Sequence record: AY576273.1
Strand: one strand, 5' to 3'
Source: Alphaproteobacteria phage PhiJL001
Length of the DNA stretch: 32,000 nt
The notes under the pieces were generated by a model that was not told the origin of the DNA, searched no databases, and saw nothing but the letters and a program-made list of their open reading frames with translations. Each line of letters begins with the position of its first letter. Position 1 is the first letter of the stretch. Shown piece after piece: positions 24,268-32,000 of the stretch. The position numbers and the translations under genes were made by a program.

Positions 24268-24527
24268 TCTGGCAGGTGAAGCACAAGGACGGGGTCTGCT
24301 ACATAGAGGCGACCAGCAAGTCCGGGGCCAAGGTGATGGCTGGACAGCTGTCCCTCCGGCCGCCCTACACGGTCAACCCGGCACCGGAGTGGCGGGGCCA
24401 TGTCATCAAGGCATACTTCAACACGACCGACGGCGACAGCAAGATCCTCGAGATCGACCCGGCCAAGAAGGAGGAGCTCCTCCGTGGCAAGCGCCGCTCG
24501 GCCAAGACCAGGGACGAGGACTCGTGA
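24264..24527 (+). CDS. hypothetical protein
   Basis: 87 aa, TTG start, 4-nt overlap. Confidence 0.5.
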   Translation: MIWQVKHKDGVCYIEATSKSGAKVMAGQLSLRPPYTVNPAPEWRGHVIKAYFNTTDGDSKILEIDPAKKEELLRGKRRSAKTRDEDS

Positions 24528-24886
24528 AGACGCTCGACATGAAAGCGATGAACGACAAGTTCTTCGCGCTCTATCAGCAGGCGATCGACCTCCGTCTGAA
24601 GGAGGCCCGCTGGGTGCTCGACCACGACACGTGGCTGGAGCTCCGTCGCGGCTGGGAGTGGGGCTCGTTCCTCGAGTTCAACCCGGACACTCGCGAGTTC
24701 AACATCATGGGGCTCGAGTGCACCTTTGTCCATCCCGAGGTGCCCGAGCTCGTGCCGGACCTCGACCCAGAGACCGTGATGCTCGAGACCACACGGATGC
24801 CGTTCTGCCTCTATCTGCGAGGCGTCAAACCCAACTGCCGAGTCGTGCAGATCGACGACCCGGACTGCGCGGAGGACTGGAAGTGA
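24524..24886 (+). CDS. hypothetical protein
   Basis: 120 aa from GTG 24524, GTGA overlap. Confidence 0.6.
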   Translation: MKTLDMKAMNDKFFALYQQAIDLRLKEARWVLDHDTWLELRRGWEWGSFLEFNPDTREFNIMGLECTFVHPEVPELVPDLDPETVMLETTRMPFCLYLRGVKPNCRVVQIDDPDCAEDWK

Positions 24887-25041
24887 ACAACTTGCACGAG
24901 CGCCGGAAGGCGGAGTTCAACAAGAGGCTCGAGGCCGCTGGCCTGGGCGGGACAGAGCCGGTCCGGATGGACACGGCCCGACAGATACAGGAGATCTGGA
25001 GAGATGTCCGCAGTGAGATTAGAGAGGAGCATCGAGCTTGA
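24883..25041 (+). CDS. hypothetical protein
   Basis: 52 aa from GTG 24883, GTGA overlap. Confidence 0.5.
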   Translation: MNNLHERRKAEFNKRLEAAGLGGTEPVRMDTARQIQEIWRDVRSEIREEHRA

Positions 25042-25222
25042 GATAGCCGAGACTCTCCACCGCGAGATGAGCCCGTTCACGAAGAGGTGGCTCAAAGAGA
25101 CGCGGTTCGAGGACATCGATCTGCACAAGAGGGGCCTCGGCCGAGTCATATGCCACCGCTGGCCTGTGACCGAGACGCAGGCGCACCACGCCACACTGAC
25201 ACTATGGAGACTGCTGCAATGA
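25004..25222 (+). CDS. hypothetical protein (start uncertain)
   Basis: 72 aa; ATG 25004 or GTG 25013. Confidence 0.45.
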   Translation: MSAVRLERSIELEIAETLHREMSPFTKRWLKETRFEDIDLHKRGLGRVICHRWPVTETQAHHATLTLWRLLQ

Positions 25223-25503
25223 ACCTGCACGAGGCAATCGGCCGCGCCGTTTGCGGCCAGCGGATCCTCTACCTGGTGCGACGCCACCGGGACGGAGACG
25301 ACATCATGCGCCGGGTGGTGCGCGACACCCACGGACTGGCGATGTGCAACCTGGCCAACCTGCGCCTGCACTTCCCCGGCGAGGGACTGATCAAGTTCAT
25401 GACCGACGAGGACATTCGCCAAGGGCGTCACAGAGGCATGCTGTTCGACGAGACCAACTCTCTGCTGCCAGGCGCGCAGGCCGTCGTGAGGAGGAACCTG
25501 TGA
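25219..25503 (+). CDS. hypothetical protein
   Basis: 94 aa from ATG 25219, ATGA overlap. Confidence 0.6.
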   Translation: MNLHEAIGRAVCGQRILYLVRRHRDGDDIMRRVVRDTHGLAMCNLANLRLHFPGEGLIKFMTDEDIRQGRHRGMLFDETNSLLPGAQAVVRRNL

Positions 25504-25730
25504 ACCTGACGCTGAGAGAGGCCGTCGACGCGGGTGTCCGCGAGGGCCTGTGCCAGTCGATATGGCAGATGTGCTCCGACCTGGACTGTCCGGCCTGCAC
25601 CCGCGCCCGCTGGCACCAGAAGCCATGGTGGAGGAGGATCTGGCTCGACGAGCCGCCCCTGCCGCCGTACAACCAGCTGATGGACAGATTCATCGGCGAG
25701 ATCGTGAAGGAGAGAGCGAATGTGGAATAG
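25500..25730 (+). CDS. hypothetical protein
   Basis: 76 aa from GTG 25500, GTGA overlap. Confidence 0.55.
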   Translation: MNLTLREAVDAGVREGLCQSIWQMCSDLDCPACTRARWHQKPWWRRIWLDEPPLPPYNQLMDRFIGEIVKERANVE

Positions 25731-25935
25731 ACCGCCGAGGAGCAGCTACGACATGGCAGCCATCCGGCTCGGCCGAGGGGCCAGCCCGGACCAGATCCAC
25801 AGGATCGCGTGTCTGCACGGCCAGGTGCCAAAGGAGAGACTGGACGCGGCTGTGATGGCCGAGCGGAGCCAGATCCAGCACCCTCCGCCTCCCGCTGACA
25901 GACAGCGGTATCGCCGGAGGGACGACCGTGATTGA
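25720..25935 (+). CDS. hypothetical protein
   Basis: 71 aa overlapping both neighbours. Confidence 0.45.
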   Translation: MWNRPPRSSYDMAAIRLGRGASPDQIHRIACLHGQVPKERLDAAVMAERSQIQHPPPPADRQRYRRRDDRD

Positions 25936-26209
25936 GAGACGCGGAAACTCCCTTCGGATCGGCCGTGTCTTCATCACAGCAGACAGGTGGCCGTGGCAGC
26001 TCATGAGCCAGGCCTCGCCATACAACGCCAGGCCGAACAAGAGGTGGGGATGGGGACCCGTCGGCGGCATGGGTCGGTTCGGCGGAGGCTGGGAGTTCTG
26101 CCTGGGCGTTCGCGCGGGCAGTTGGACCAGCTGGTACCTCGAGCTGGGACTCGGCATGGTCCGGCTCTCGACCCACCCGCCACACTCGTTCAAGGAGCTC
26201 CGGCGATGA
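25928..26209 (+). CDS. hypothetical protein
   Basis: 93 aa, short overlaps on both sides. Confidence 0.5.
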   Translation: MIERRGNSLRIGRVFITADRWPWQLMSQASPYNARPNKRWGWGPVGGMGRFGGGWEFCLGVRAGSWTSWYLELGLGMVRLSTHPPHSFKELRR

Positions 26210-26409
26210 TGGGACTGTCCCTCCTCCACTGGTACCTCATCGGGGCGATCTGCTCCGGAGAGATGATGATATGGGGAATGAAGAACCCCGTCCGCACGAA
26301 GCCGGGTCAGCCCGTCTTCCCCTCCCTCTTGCTCATGTATCTGTTCTGGCCACTCTTCTGGCTCGGAGCAGTCCTGGGCATATTACTATCGACAGGAAAG
26401 AAGAGATGA
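26206..26409 (+). CDS. small membrane protein, two TM-like segments
   Basis: MMGLSLLHWYLIGAICSGEMMIWGMKN...PSLLLMYLFWPLFWLGAVLGILL. Confidence 0.6.
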   Translation: MMGLSLLHWYLIGAICSGEMMIWGMKNPVRTKPGQPVFPSLLLMYLFWPLFWLGAVLGILLSTGKKR

Positions 26410-27077
26410 CACACCTCATTGGAATAGTCAGCTACCCACCGCATCCCCAGTCACCATACTTCAAGGTCCACGTGCCACAGTGCGACGGTGTCCCGCTCTC
26501 GCTGAAGGCCATGCGCAACGGCAAGACGGCGAACATGGGCGATGTCGTCATCGTCAACAAGACGAAGGGCGGCTACAAGGGCTGGGAGACCGAGGAGGTC
26601 GTCGGGAGCACGAACGCGCCCGAGCCGTCGACCCTGGCTCAGGTGGCAGAGTTCCACACCGCGTTCAAATGCAGCGACGTGGACTTCCAGACACCGGAGG
26701 AGGCACACCTGCTGGGCGAGTGGGAGGGCGTCCTGCAGGCTCAGGCAGACGCGATCAAGGAGCAGGCCCGACGCGTGGGCTCCGTCCGCCTCCTGCGTCT
26801 CCAGCTCCTCCTGGAGGAGGTCGCCGAGGTCTCTGGGGCACTGGCCGCCGACGACCCCGAGCACATTCTGAAGGAGCTCTCAGACGTGCAATACGTGCTC
26901 GACGGGGCGTACATCTCACTCCGTCTGGCGGCCAAGAAGGACGCCGCCTTCGCCCTCGTCCATCAGTCCAACATGACGAAGTTGCAGGATGGAGAGCCGA
27001 GAAAGCATGGTTCTGGCCGCGTGGAGAAGGGCGACGGCTATGTCCCGGCGGACCTTTCTGGGCTCTTCAAGGACTGA
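26406..27077 (+). CDS. MazG/PRA-PH-like NTP pyrophosphohydrolase domain protein with N-terminal extension
   Basis: LLLEEVAEVSGALAADDPEHILKELSDVQYVLDG and AFALVHQSNMTKLQDGEPRKHGSGRVEKGDGYVPADL. Start ATG 26406. Confidence 0.78.
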   Translation: MTHLIGIVSYPPHPQSPYFKVHVPQCDGVPLSLKAMRNGKTANMGDVVIVNKTKGGYKGWETEEVVGSTNAPEPSTLAQVAEFHTAFKCSDVDFQTPEEAHLLGEWEGVLQAQADAIKEQARRVGSVRLLRLQLLLEEVAEVSGALAADDPEHILKELSDVQYVLDGAYISLRLAAKKDAAFALVHQSNMTKLQDGEPRKHGSGRVEKGDGYVPADLSGLFKD

Positions 27078-27079
27078 TG

Positions 27080-27344
27080 CATCAGGTCCAGGACCTGATG
27101 GGCGTGAGAAATGGCGTTTCATCAGGTCCGTCGCAAGTCATTGTTCTCGCTGAGTGATCGGAGCCCAAGAGAGGACGGGACCTGATGGACCTGACGGACC
27201 GGTCAGTTTTGTGTTTGCTGGACTTTCATATATTTTTATTTCCATCTTATTTTATCAGGTCTATCAGGTCTATCAGGTACTGTATTGTTTTCACTTGTGA
27301 ATCTCGGACCTGACGGAGGTGAGGCATCAGGTCCCGTCAGGTCC
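27080..27344 (+). repeat. iteron-like cluster, 11 copies of TCAGGT/ACCTGA in both orientations
   Basis: Forward (C/A)(A/G)TCAGGT at 27080, 27120, 27253, 27262, 27271, 27325, 27335; inverted GGACCTGA(T/C)G at 27091, 27178, 27187, 27306. Confidence 0.85.
27254..27280 (+). repeat. three tandem 9-bp units ATCAGGTCT/ATCAGGTCT/ATCAGGTAC inside an AT-rich patch
   Basis: Direct reading. Confidence 0.9.
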
Positions 27345-27352
27345 GTCTAGAA

Positions 27353-27372
27353 TCTACAGCAAAAACTGTAGA
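27353..27372. promoter_or_regulatory. inverted repeat TCTACAG-CAAAAA-CTGTAGA, operator-like or hairpin
   Basis: Perfect 7-nt arms, 6-nt spacer. Confidence 0.6.
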
Positions 27373-27373
27373 G

Positions 27374-27403
27374 TTGTGCACCCACTCCCTTGGGCACTAT
27401 GAT
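27374..27403 (+). promoter_or_regulatory. candidate promoter TTGTGC-18-TATGAT for the packaging/structural operon
   Basis: Sigma70-like hexamers, directly after the inverted repeat and upstream of terS; lacks the TTTACTTCTG box. Confidence 0.5.
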
Positions 27404-27460
27404 CTCCGCAGAACGTGAATCCCGAATCGCACGTGCGCATTTATGTGGAGACTCAGAACG

Positions 27461-28072
27461 ATGGCGAAGACGCCGAAGACCAGATCCAAGAACCAGCCCC
27501 GAGCAGAGACGACCACGGACAACCTGCCAGCCACCACTGGCTCCGTGGCACACGTCGAGCTGGAGGTGACAGACCAGGACCTCCCTGACAAGCGGACCAA
27601 GAAGTTCATGGACAAGCCGGTCGTGGAGCAGAGGCGCTTTGACGACAGGGCGGCGGCCAAGTTCCTGGCGTACTACGCGCAGACCGGCCGCAAGGGCGCG
27701 TCAGCCAGGGCAGCCGGTGTCTCTTACAACGTGGTCCGCCACTGGGAGGTCCACGACGACGACTTCGGCACGCTGGTGCAGGAGGCGCACAACGACTGGC
27801 TCGAGCTGCTGGAGCGGGAGCTGTTCCGTCGCGCGGTCGAGGGTGTCCTGGAGCCGGTCGTGGCAGGGAAGGACCCCGAGATTGTGACATACGTCCGCAA
27901 GTACTCTGACAAGCTGCTCGAGCTGGCGCTCAAGAAGGCGGACCCCTCTGGCTATGGCAACCGGGAGGCGGTCAACGTCAACGTCAACACAGGCGTCCTC
28001 GTGGCACCAGAGTCACCGGCCAAGGTCGAGGACATCGACCTGCCACTCGAAGATGTGACGGAGGTCAAGTGA
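27461..28072 (+). CDS. terminase small subunit
   Basis: 203 aa; FLAYYAQTGRKGASARAAGVSYNVVRHW HTH region; immediately upstream of terL with GTGA overlap. Confidence 0.78.
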   Translation: MAKTPKTRSKNQPRAETTTDNLPATTGSVAHVELEVTDQDLPDKRTKKFMDKPVVEQRRFDDRAAAKFLAYYAQTGRKGASARAAGVSYNVVRHWEVHDDDFGTLVQEAHNDWLELLERELFRRAVEGVLEPVVAGKDPEIVTYVRKYSDKLLELALKKADPSGYGNREAVNVNVNTGVLVAPESPAKVEDIDLPLEDVTEVK

Positions 28073-29598
28073 GCGACGTCTCCCACCTCGCCATCGGAGG
28101 CAGGAAGGTGGGCTGGGCTCCCCTGCCCGGCTCGCAGACCATGGTCCTCAAGTGCACCTCCATCTTCGAGCTGCTCTACCACGGCACCCGTGGCCCAGGG
28201 AAGTCCGACACCCTGCTCATGGACTTCGCGCAGTTCGTCGGCAGGGGATGGGGCCTGCAGTACAAGGGCATCATCTTCCGTCAGACCTATCCCCAGCTGG
28301 AGGATCTGATCACCAAGAGCAAGCGCTGGTTCCCCAAGATCTTTCCCGGCGCTCGCTACAACGGCTCGGCCAACAAGTGGGTGTTCCCGGACGGCGAGGA
28401 GCTGCTCTTCCGCCAGTTCAACAAGCCCATTGACTACTGGAAGTACCACGGTCAGGAGTTCCAGTTCATCGGGTGGGACGAGCTGACCAACTGGCCCACT
28501 CTGGAGGGGTACACCTCCATGATGTCCTGCCTGCGGACGACGCACCCGGACATCCCGTTGCGCTGTCGTGCCACGACCAACCCGTACGGGCCGGGGCACA
28601 ACGTGGTCAAGTTCCACTTCGAGCTGCCAGCCAAGGACGGCATCATCCGGAGGAAGACGTACGAGTTCGAGGACCCCGAGACCGGCGAGCCGATCCGCAA
28701 GCAGCTCTGCCGCGTGGCCATCAAGGGCACGATCTGGGAGAACACCATCCTCCTCAAGGCACAGCCGAACTACATCGCCCAGCTCAAGGAGCAGGCCGAC
28801 AACCCCGCCAAGCTGGCCGCGTGGCTCGAGGGCAGCTGGGACATCGTGGCCGGTGGCATGTTTGACGACGTGTGGGACCCGAAGATCAACGTGGTCCAGC
28901 GCTTCATCATCCCGAGGTCGTGGAAGCTCGACCGCTCGTTCGACTGGGGCTCGTCCGCCCCGTTCTCCGTGGGATGGTGGGCCGAGAGCGACGGCTCTGA
29001 CTTCCAGGACAGCGAGGGCAGGTGGAGGAGCTCCGTCCGTGGCGACCTGTACAGGGTGGCCGAGTGGTATGGCTGGCGCAACCGGCCGAACGAGGGCCTC
29101 AAGATGCTGGCGGTCGACATCGCCAAGGGCATACGCGAGCGGGAGATGATCCTTTTCCCGACCCGCACGGTGCAGCCCGGACCGGCTGACTCCTCCATCT
29201 ACGACGTGGAGAACGGAGTGAGCATCGGTGCTGACATGGAGAAGAAGATCCGCATGGAGGACGGCTCCATGAAGAAGGGCATCGTGTGGACACGCGCCGA
29301 CAAGCGCGCCGGGTCGAGGAAGACCGGGTGGGAGATGATGCGGAAGATGATGCGCGACGCCGGTCCCAACAGGGACGACAAGGGCACCATCCTTGGCACA
29401 CCGAGGGAGAAGCCCGGTCTGTTCGTCATGGACAACTGCGATCAGTTCATTCGCACAGTCCCAGTACTTCCTCGTTGTGAAAAGGACCCCGATGACGTAG
29501 ACTCGGACGCTGAAGACCACGTCGGCGACGAGACCAGATACCGCGTCCGGTTCGTCGGCAACCGTGCCGCCACCGGCTCAACAACAGGAATGTACTGA
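28069..29598 (+). CDS. terminase large subunit
   Basis: YHGTRGPGKSDTLLMDF (Walker A), YKGIIFRQTYPQLEDL, FQFIGWDELTNWPT (Walker B), RATTNPYGPGHNVVKFHF. Confidence 0.92.
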   Translation: MSDVSHLAIGGRKVGWAPLPGSQTMVLKCTSIFELLYHGTRGPGKSDTLLMDFAQFVGRGWGLQYKGIIFRQTYPQLEDLITKSKRWFPKIFPGARYNGSANKWVFPDGEELLFRQFNKPIDYWKYHGQEFQFIGWDELTNWPTLEGYTSMMSCLRTTHPDIPLRCRATTNPYGPGHNVVKFHFELPAKDGIIRRKTYEFEDPETGEPIRKQLCRVAIKGTIWENTILLKAQPNYIAQLKEQADNPAKLAAWLEGSWDIVAGGMFDDVWDPKINVVQRFIIPRSWKLDRSFDWGSSAPFSVGWWAESDGSDFQDSEGRWRSSVRGDLYRVAEWYGWRNRPNEGLKMLAVDIAKGIREREMILFPTRTVQPGPADSSIYDVENGVSIGADMEKKIRMEDGSMKKGIVWTRADKRAGSRKTGWEMMRKMMRDAGPNRDDKGTILGTPREKPGLFVMDNCDQFIRTVPVLPRCEKDPDDVDSDAEDHVGDETRYRVRFVGNRAATGSTTGMY

Positions 29599-31157
29599 TG
29601 GGAGTTGACTCCAAGCACCCGCTCTACACAGACAACCTCGACCAGTGGACCCAGGTGCGCGACACCCACGAGGGCCAGCACCAGGTCAAGGAGAAGGGCG
29701 GCGTCTACCTGCCACCGACGTCCGGCATGCAGCAGGACGGCATGAACTCCGCCAACGACCCCGGCTGGAAGCAGTACGACGCCTATCGGCTGCGAGCCGT
29801 GGTCCCGGACATCGTGAGGGACGCTGTCGAGGCGATGATCGGTGTGATGCACCACAAGCCTCCGGTCATCGAGCTCCCTGCCACCATGGAGCCCCTCCGC
29901 GAGAAGGCCACGCTGCGCAACGAGTCACTGGAGATGCTGCTCCGCCGGATCAACGAGGAGCAGCTCATCACAGGCAGGCTCGGGCTGCTGACGGACATGC
30001 CGAAGGCACCGAGCCAGAGCGACCAGCGGGTCCAGGCCTCCGGGCCGAGCACCACGATCAACGACCTTCCGTACATCGCGCTCTACACGGCCGAGGCCAT
30101 CATCAACTGGGACAAGGGCCGATCCGACGGCATCCAGATCCAGAACCTCAACCTCGTGGTGCTCGACGAGAGCGAGTACGAGAGGGACAAGGACTTCGAG
30201 TGGGTGTGGCAGGAGAAGTACCGCGTGCTCATCCTCGGCGAGGCGGAGGTCAACGAGCCGCAGGGCCAGGGCGTCTACTCCGTGGGAGTGTTCCGGGACA
30301 ACCAGTTCACGTTCTCCCAGGGAGAGATGGTCACGCCGAGCCACCGAGGCACCACGCTGCAGATGATCCCGTTCACGTTCATCAACTCGTGCGACATCGT
30401 GCCGGAGCCAGACCAGCCGCCCCTCCTTGGGCTCTCCAACCTCGTCCTGACGATCTACCGTGGGGAGGCGGACTATCGCCAGTCCCTCTTCAACCAGGGC
30501 CAGGACACACTGGTGACGATCGGCGCCAACCTGCAGGACGAGCAGGCCAGGGTCGGAGCGAATGCCCGGCTCGACCTGCCGACGGACGCCGACGCCAAGT
30601 ACATCGGAGTGGACAGCTCTGGGCTCTCCGAGCAGCGAGAGGCTCTGACCAACGACTACAACCGAGCGGCCCAGAAGGGCGGACAGCTGCTGGACTCCGT
30701 GTCCAGGGAGCGGGAGTCAGGCGAGGCACTGACCGTGCGCGTCGCGGCCCGGACTGCCACCCTCAACCAGATTGCCATCACAGGGGCCTTCGGGCTGCAG
30801 CAGACACTGAGGCACATCGCCACGTGGATCGGGGCCAACCCCGAGGAGGTGGTGGTCACGCCCAACCTGGACTTCGTCGACAACACGTTCGCCCCGGCCG
30901 ACCTGGTCCAGATCATGGCCGCGAAGAACGTCGGCGCTCCGATCTCCTACGAGACCATCCACATGTGGCTCCAGAACATGGACGTCACGGAGCTGGACTT
31001 CGAGGAGGAGATCCGCAAGATCCAGGAGGAGGACGCCTCCCTGGACCTCGGCATGTCCAACCCTGACGATCTAGAGGAAGATGACGATGACGACGGAGAC
31101 GAAGACGACGGATCAGAAGACGACGGCGGAAGTGATCAGACTGGGGATGACGAATGA
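29598..31157 (+). CDS. portal protein, DUF4055-like
   Basis: VKEKGGVYLPPTSGM, IVRDAVEAMIGVMHHKPPVIELP, LPYIALYTAEAIINWD, VYSVGVFR; follows terL; acidic C-terminal tail. Confidence 0.85.
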   Translation: MGVDSKHPLYTDNLDQWTQVRDTHEGQHQVKEKGGVYLPPTSGMQQDGMNSANDPGWKQYDAYRLRAVVPDIVRDAVEAMIGVMHHKPPVIELPATMEPLREKATLRNESLEMLLRRINEEQLITGRLGLLTDMPKAPSQSDQRVQASGPSTTINDLPYIALYTAEAIINWDKGRSDGIQIQNLNLVVLDESEYERDKDFEWVWQEKYRVLILGEAEVNEPQGQGVYSVGVFRDNQFTFSQGEMVTPSHRGTTLQMIPFTFINSCDIVPEPDQPPLLGLSNLVLTIYRGEADYRQSLFNQGQDTLVTIGANLQDEQARVGANARLDLPTDADAKYIGVDSSGLSEQREALTNDYNRAAQKGGQLLDSVSRERESGEALTVRVAARTATLNQIAITGAFGLQQTLRHIATWIGANPEEVVVTPNLDFVDNTFAPADLVQIMAAKNVGAPISYETIHMWLQNMDVTELDFEEEIRKIQEEDASLDLGMSNPDDLEEDDDDDGDEDDGSEDDGGSDQTGDDE

Positions 31158-31383
31158 CCCCACGAAGGAGGAGGTCATCGCCATGCTGCACGAGGTCATC
31201 TCGGACATCAAGCACGACCGTCGCTCGTTCAACAAGGCCCTCGTAATATTCCTCGACGACACCGACTGCCAGTACAATCCTGGCTTCGCCAACGCTGGCA
31301 TGTCCATGACGGAGTGTATCGGCCTGTGCGAGGTCATGAAGACGATCTTCATCGGGGAGATGGGATTCCACGATGCCGACTGA
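31147..31383 (+). CDS. hypothetical protein
   Basis: 78 aa from ATG 31147 (MTNDPTKEEVIAMLHEVISD...), sits between portal and MuF-like gene. Confidence 0.6.
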   Translation: MTNDPTKEEVIAMLHEVISDIKHDRRSFNKALVIFLDDTDCQYNPGFANAGMSMTECIGLCEVMKTIFIGEMGFHDAD

Positions 31384-32000
31384 CGACCAGATCCCAGGGA
31401 TGCCCGACAATGTGAACGAGGAGTGGCTCGACGCCATGATCCGCCACCAGATCGGGCTCCTCCGTGTGTCGGGCCGGGTGCGCCAGCGCATCTTCGAGAT
31501 CCTCGACGCCACGGAGAGGGACATCGCTGACCAGATCAAGCGCCGCCTTGCCAAGGGCGCGACGACCGCGCGACTGGAGGCACTGATCAAGGCCGTCAGG
31601 GCACTGCGCTCGGAGGCCTGGAAGAAGTCCGCCGAGGTGTGGCGCGAGGAGATGCTGTCCGTCGCCAGGGAGGAGCCCAAGTTCCTGTCCCAGGCACTGC
31701 GCACCGTGTCGCCCGTCCAGCTGGACCTGACCCTTCCGGCCGCCGACCTGCTGCAGTCGATCGTGACCACCCGTCCCTTCGAGGGGCAGACCATGCGCCA
31801 GTGGGCGTCCAACATTCGCAACTCTGACCTCCGCCGGATCGAGAGAGCCATTCGCATCGGGGTCACACAGGGAGAGCCGACCAATGCCATCGCCAGGCGC
31901 GTCATCGGCACCGTTCGCCAGCGCGGCCGAGACGGAGTCACTCAGATCACTCGTCGGAACGCCGAGGCCATCACTCGCACCGCCATCAACGGCATCGCCA
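31373..32000 (+). CDS. MuF/SPP1 gp7-like minor head protein, N-terminal part (continues beyond window)
   Basis: ATG 31373 (MPTDDQIPGMPDNVNEEWLDAMIRHQ...), then TRRNAEAITRTAINGIA; portal-adjacent position. Confidence 0.7.
   Translation, partial: MPTDDQIPGMPDNVNEEWLDAMIRHQIGLLRVSGRVRQRIFEILDATERDIADQIKRRLAKGATTARLEALIKAVRALRSEAWKKSAEVWREEMLSVAREEPKFLSQALRTVSPVQLDLTLPAADLLQSIVTTRPFEGQTMRQWASNIRNSDLRRIERAIRIGVTQGEPTNAIARRVIGTVRQRGRDGVTQITRRNAEAITRTAINGIA

Noticed and set aside
27254-27280. Tandem repeats as a possible CRISPR array
   Set aside because: Units are only 9 bp with no spacers and no cas genes; better described as iteron-like or operator repeats.
27952-29520. Long 522-aa minus-strand ORF antisense to terL
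   Set aside because: Lies opposite a clear terminase large subunit. Long antisense ORFs are expected in GC-rich DNA with GC-biased third positions, and its translation shows no domain motifs.
1-32000. tRNA, rRNA, transposon, integrase or retron-like elements
   Set aside because: I saw no convincing tRNA cloverleaf ending, IS-type inverted repeats, transposase, integrase or reverse transcriptase motifs; a tRNAscan-SE/Infernal run would be needed to exclude small RNAs.

Overview
The window is a contiguous piece of a GC-rich, tightly packed tailed-phage genome. Every supported gene is on the + strand, many coupled through ATGA/GTGA overlaps. The left part (1-19.3 kb) is a replication and nucleotide-metabolism module: SNF2-like helicase C-terminus, a protein with an SSB-type tail, RecD-like helicase, ribonucleotide reductase, family A DNA polymerase with Leu at the 762-equivalent position, dCMP deaminase, PD-(D/E)XK-like protein and AEP/SF3 primase-helicase. 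The middle (19.3-27.1 kb) is an accessory run of small ORFs, including a papain-like-fold candidate, a Lar-like zinc ribbon and a MazG/PRA-PH-like domain. The right end (27.4-32 kb) holds terS, terL, a DUF4055-like portal and a MuF-like head protein. The most interesting hypothesis is a pyrimidine DNA hypermodification cassette at about 7.2-16.2 kb: a UDG-superfamily-like protein, an HMUDK_hel/aGPT-PPlase-like helical protein, a TAGT-like GT-A glycosyltransferase, an Nmad5-like protein, a divergent ThyA-like enzyme (PCN instead of PCH), an HD nucleotidase and a dCMP deaminase. Two further patterns stand out. Six promoter-like sites share TTTACTTCTG with an invariant 17-nt spacer, some with palindromic extensions. 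A noncoding AT-rich region upstream of terS carries 11 copies of TCAGGT/ACCTGA. All family calls come from reading motifs; no database search was run.
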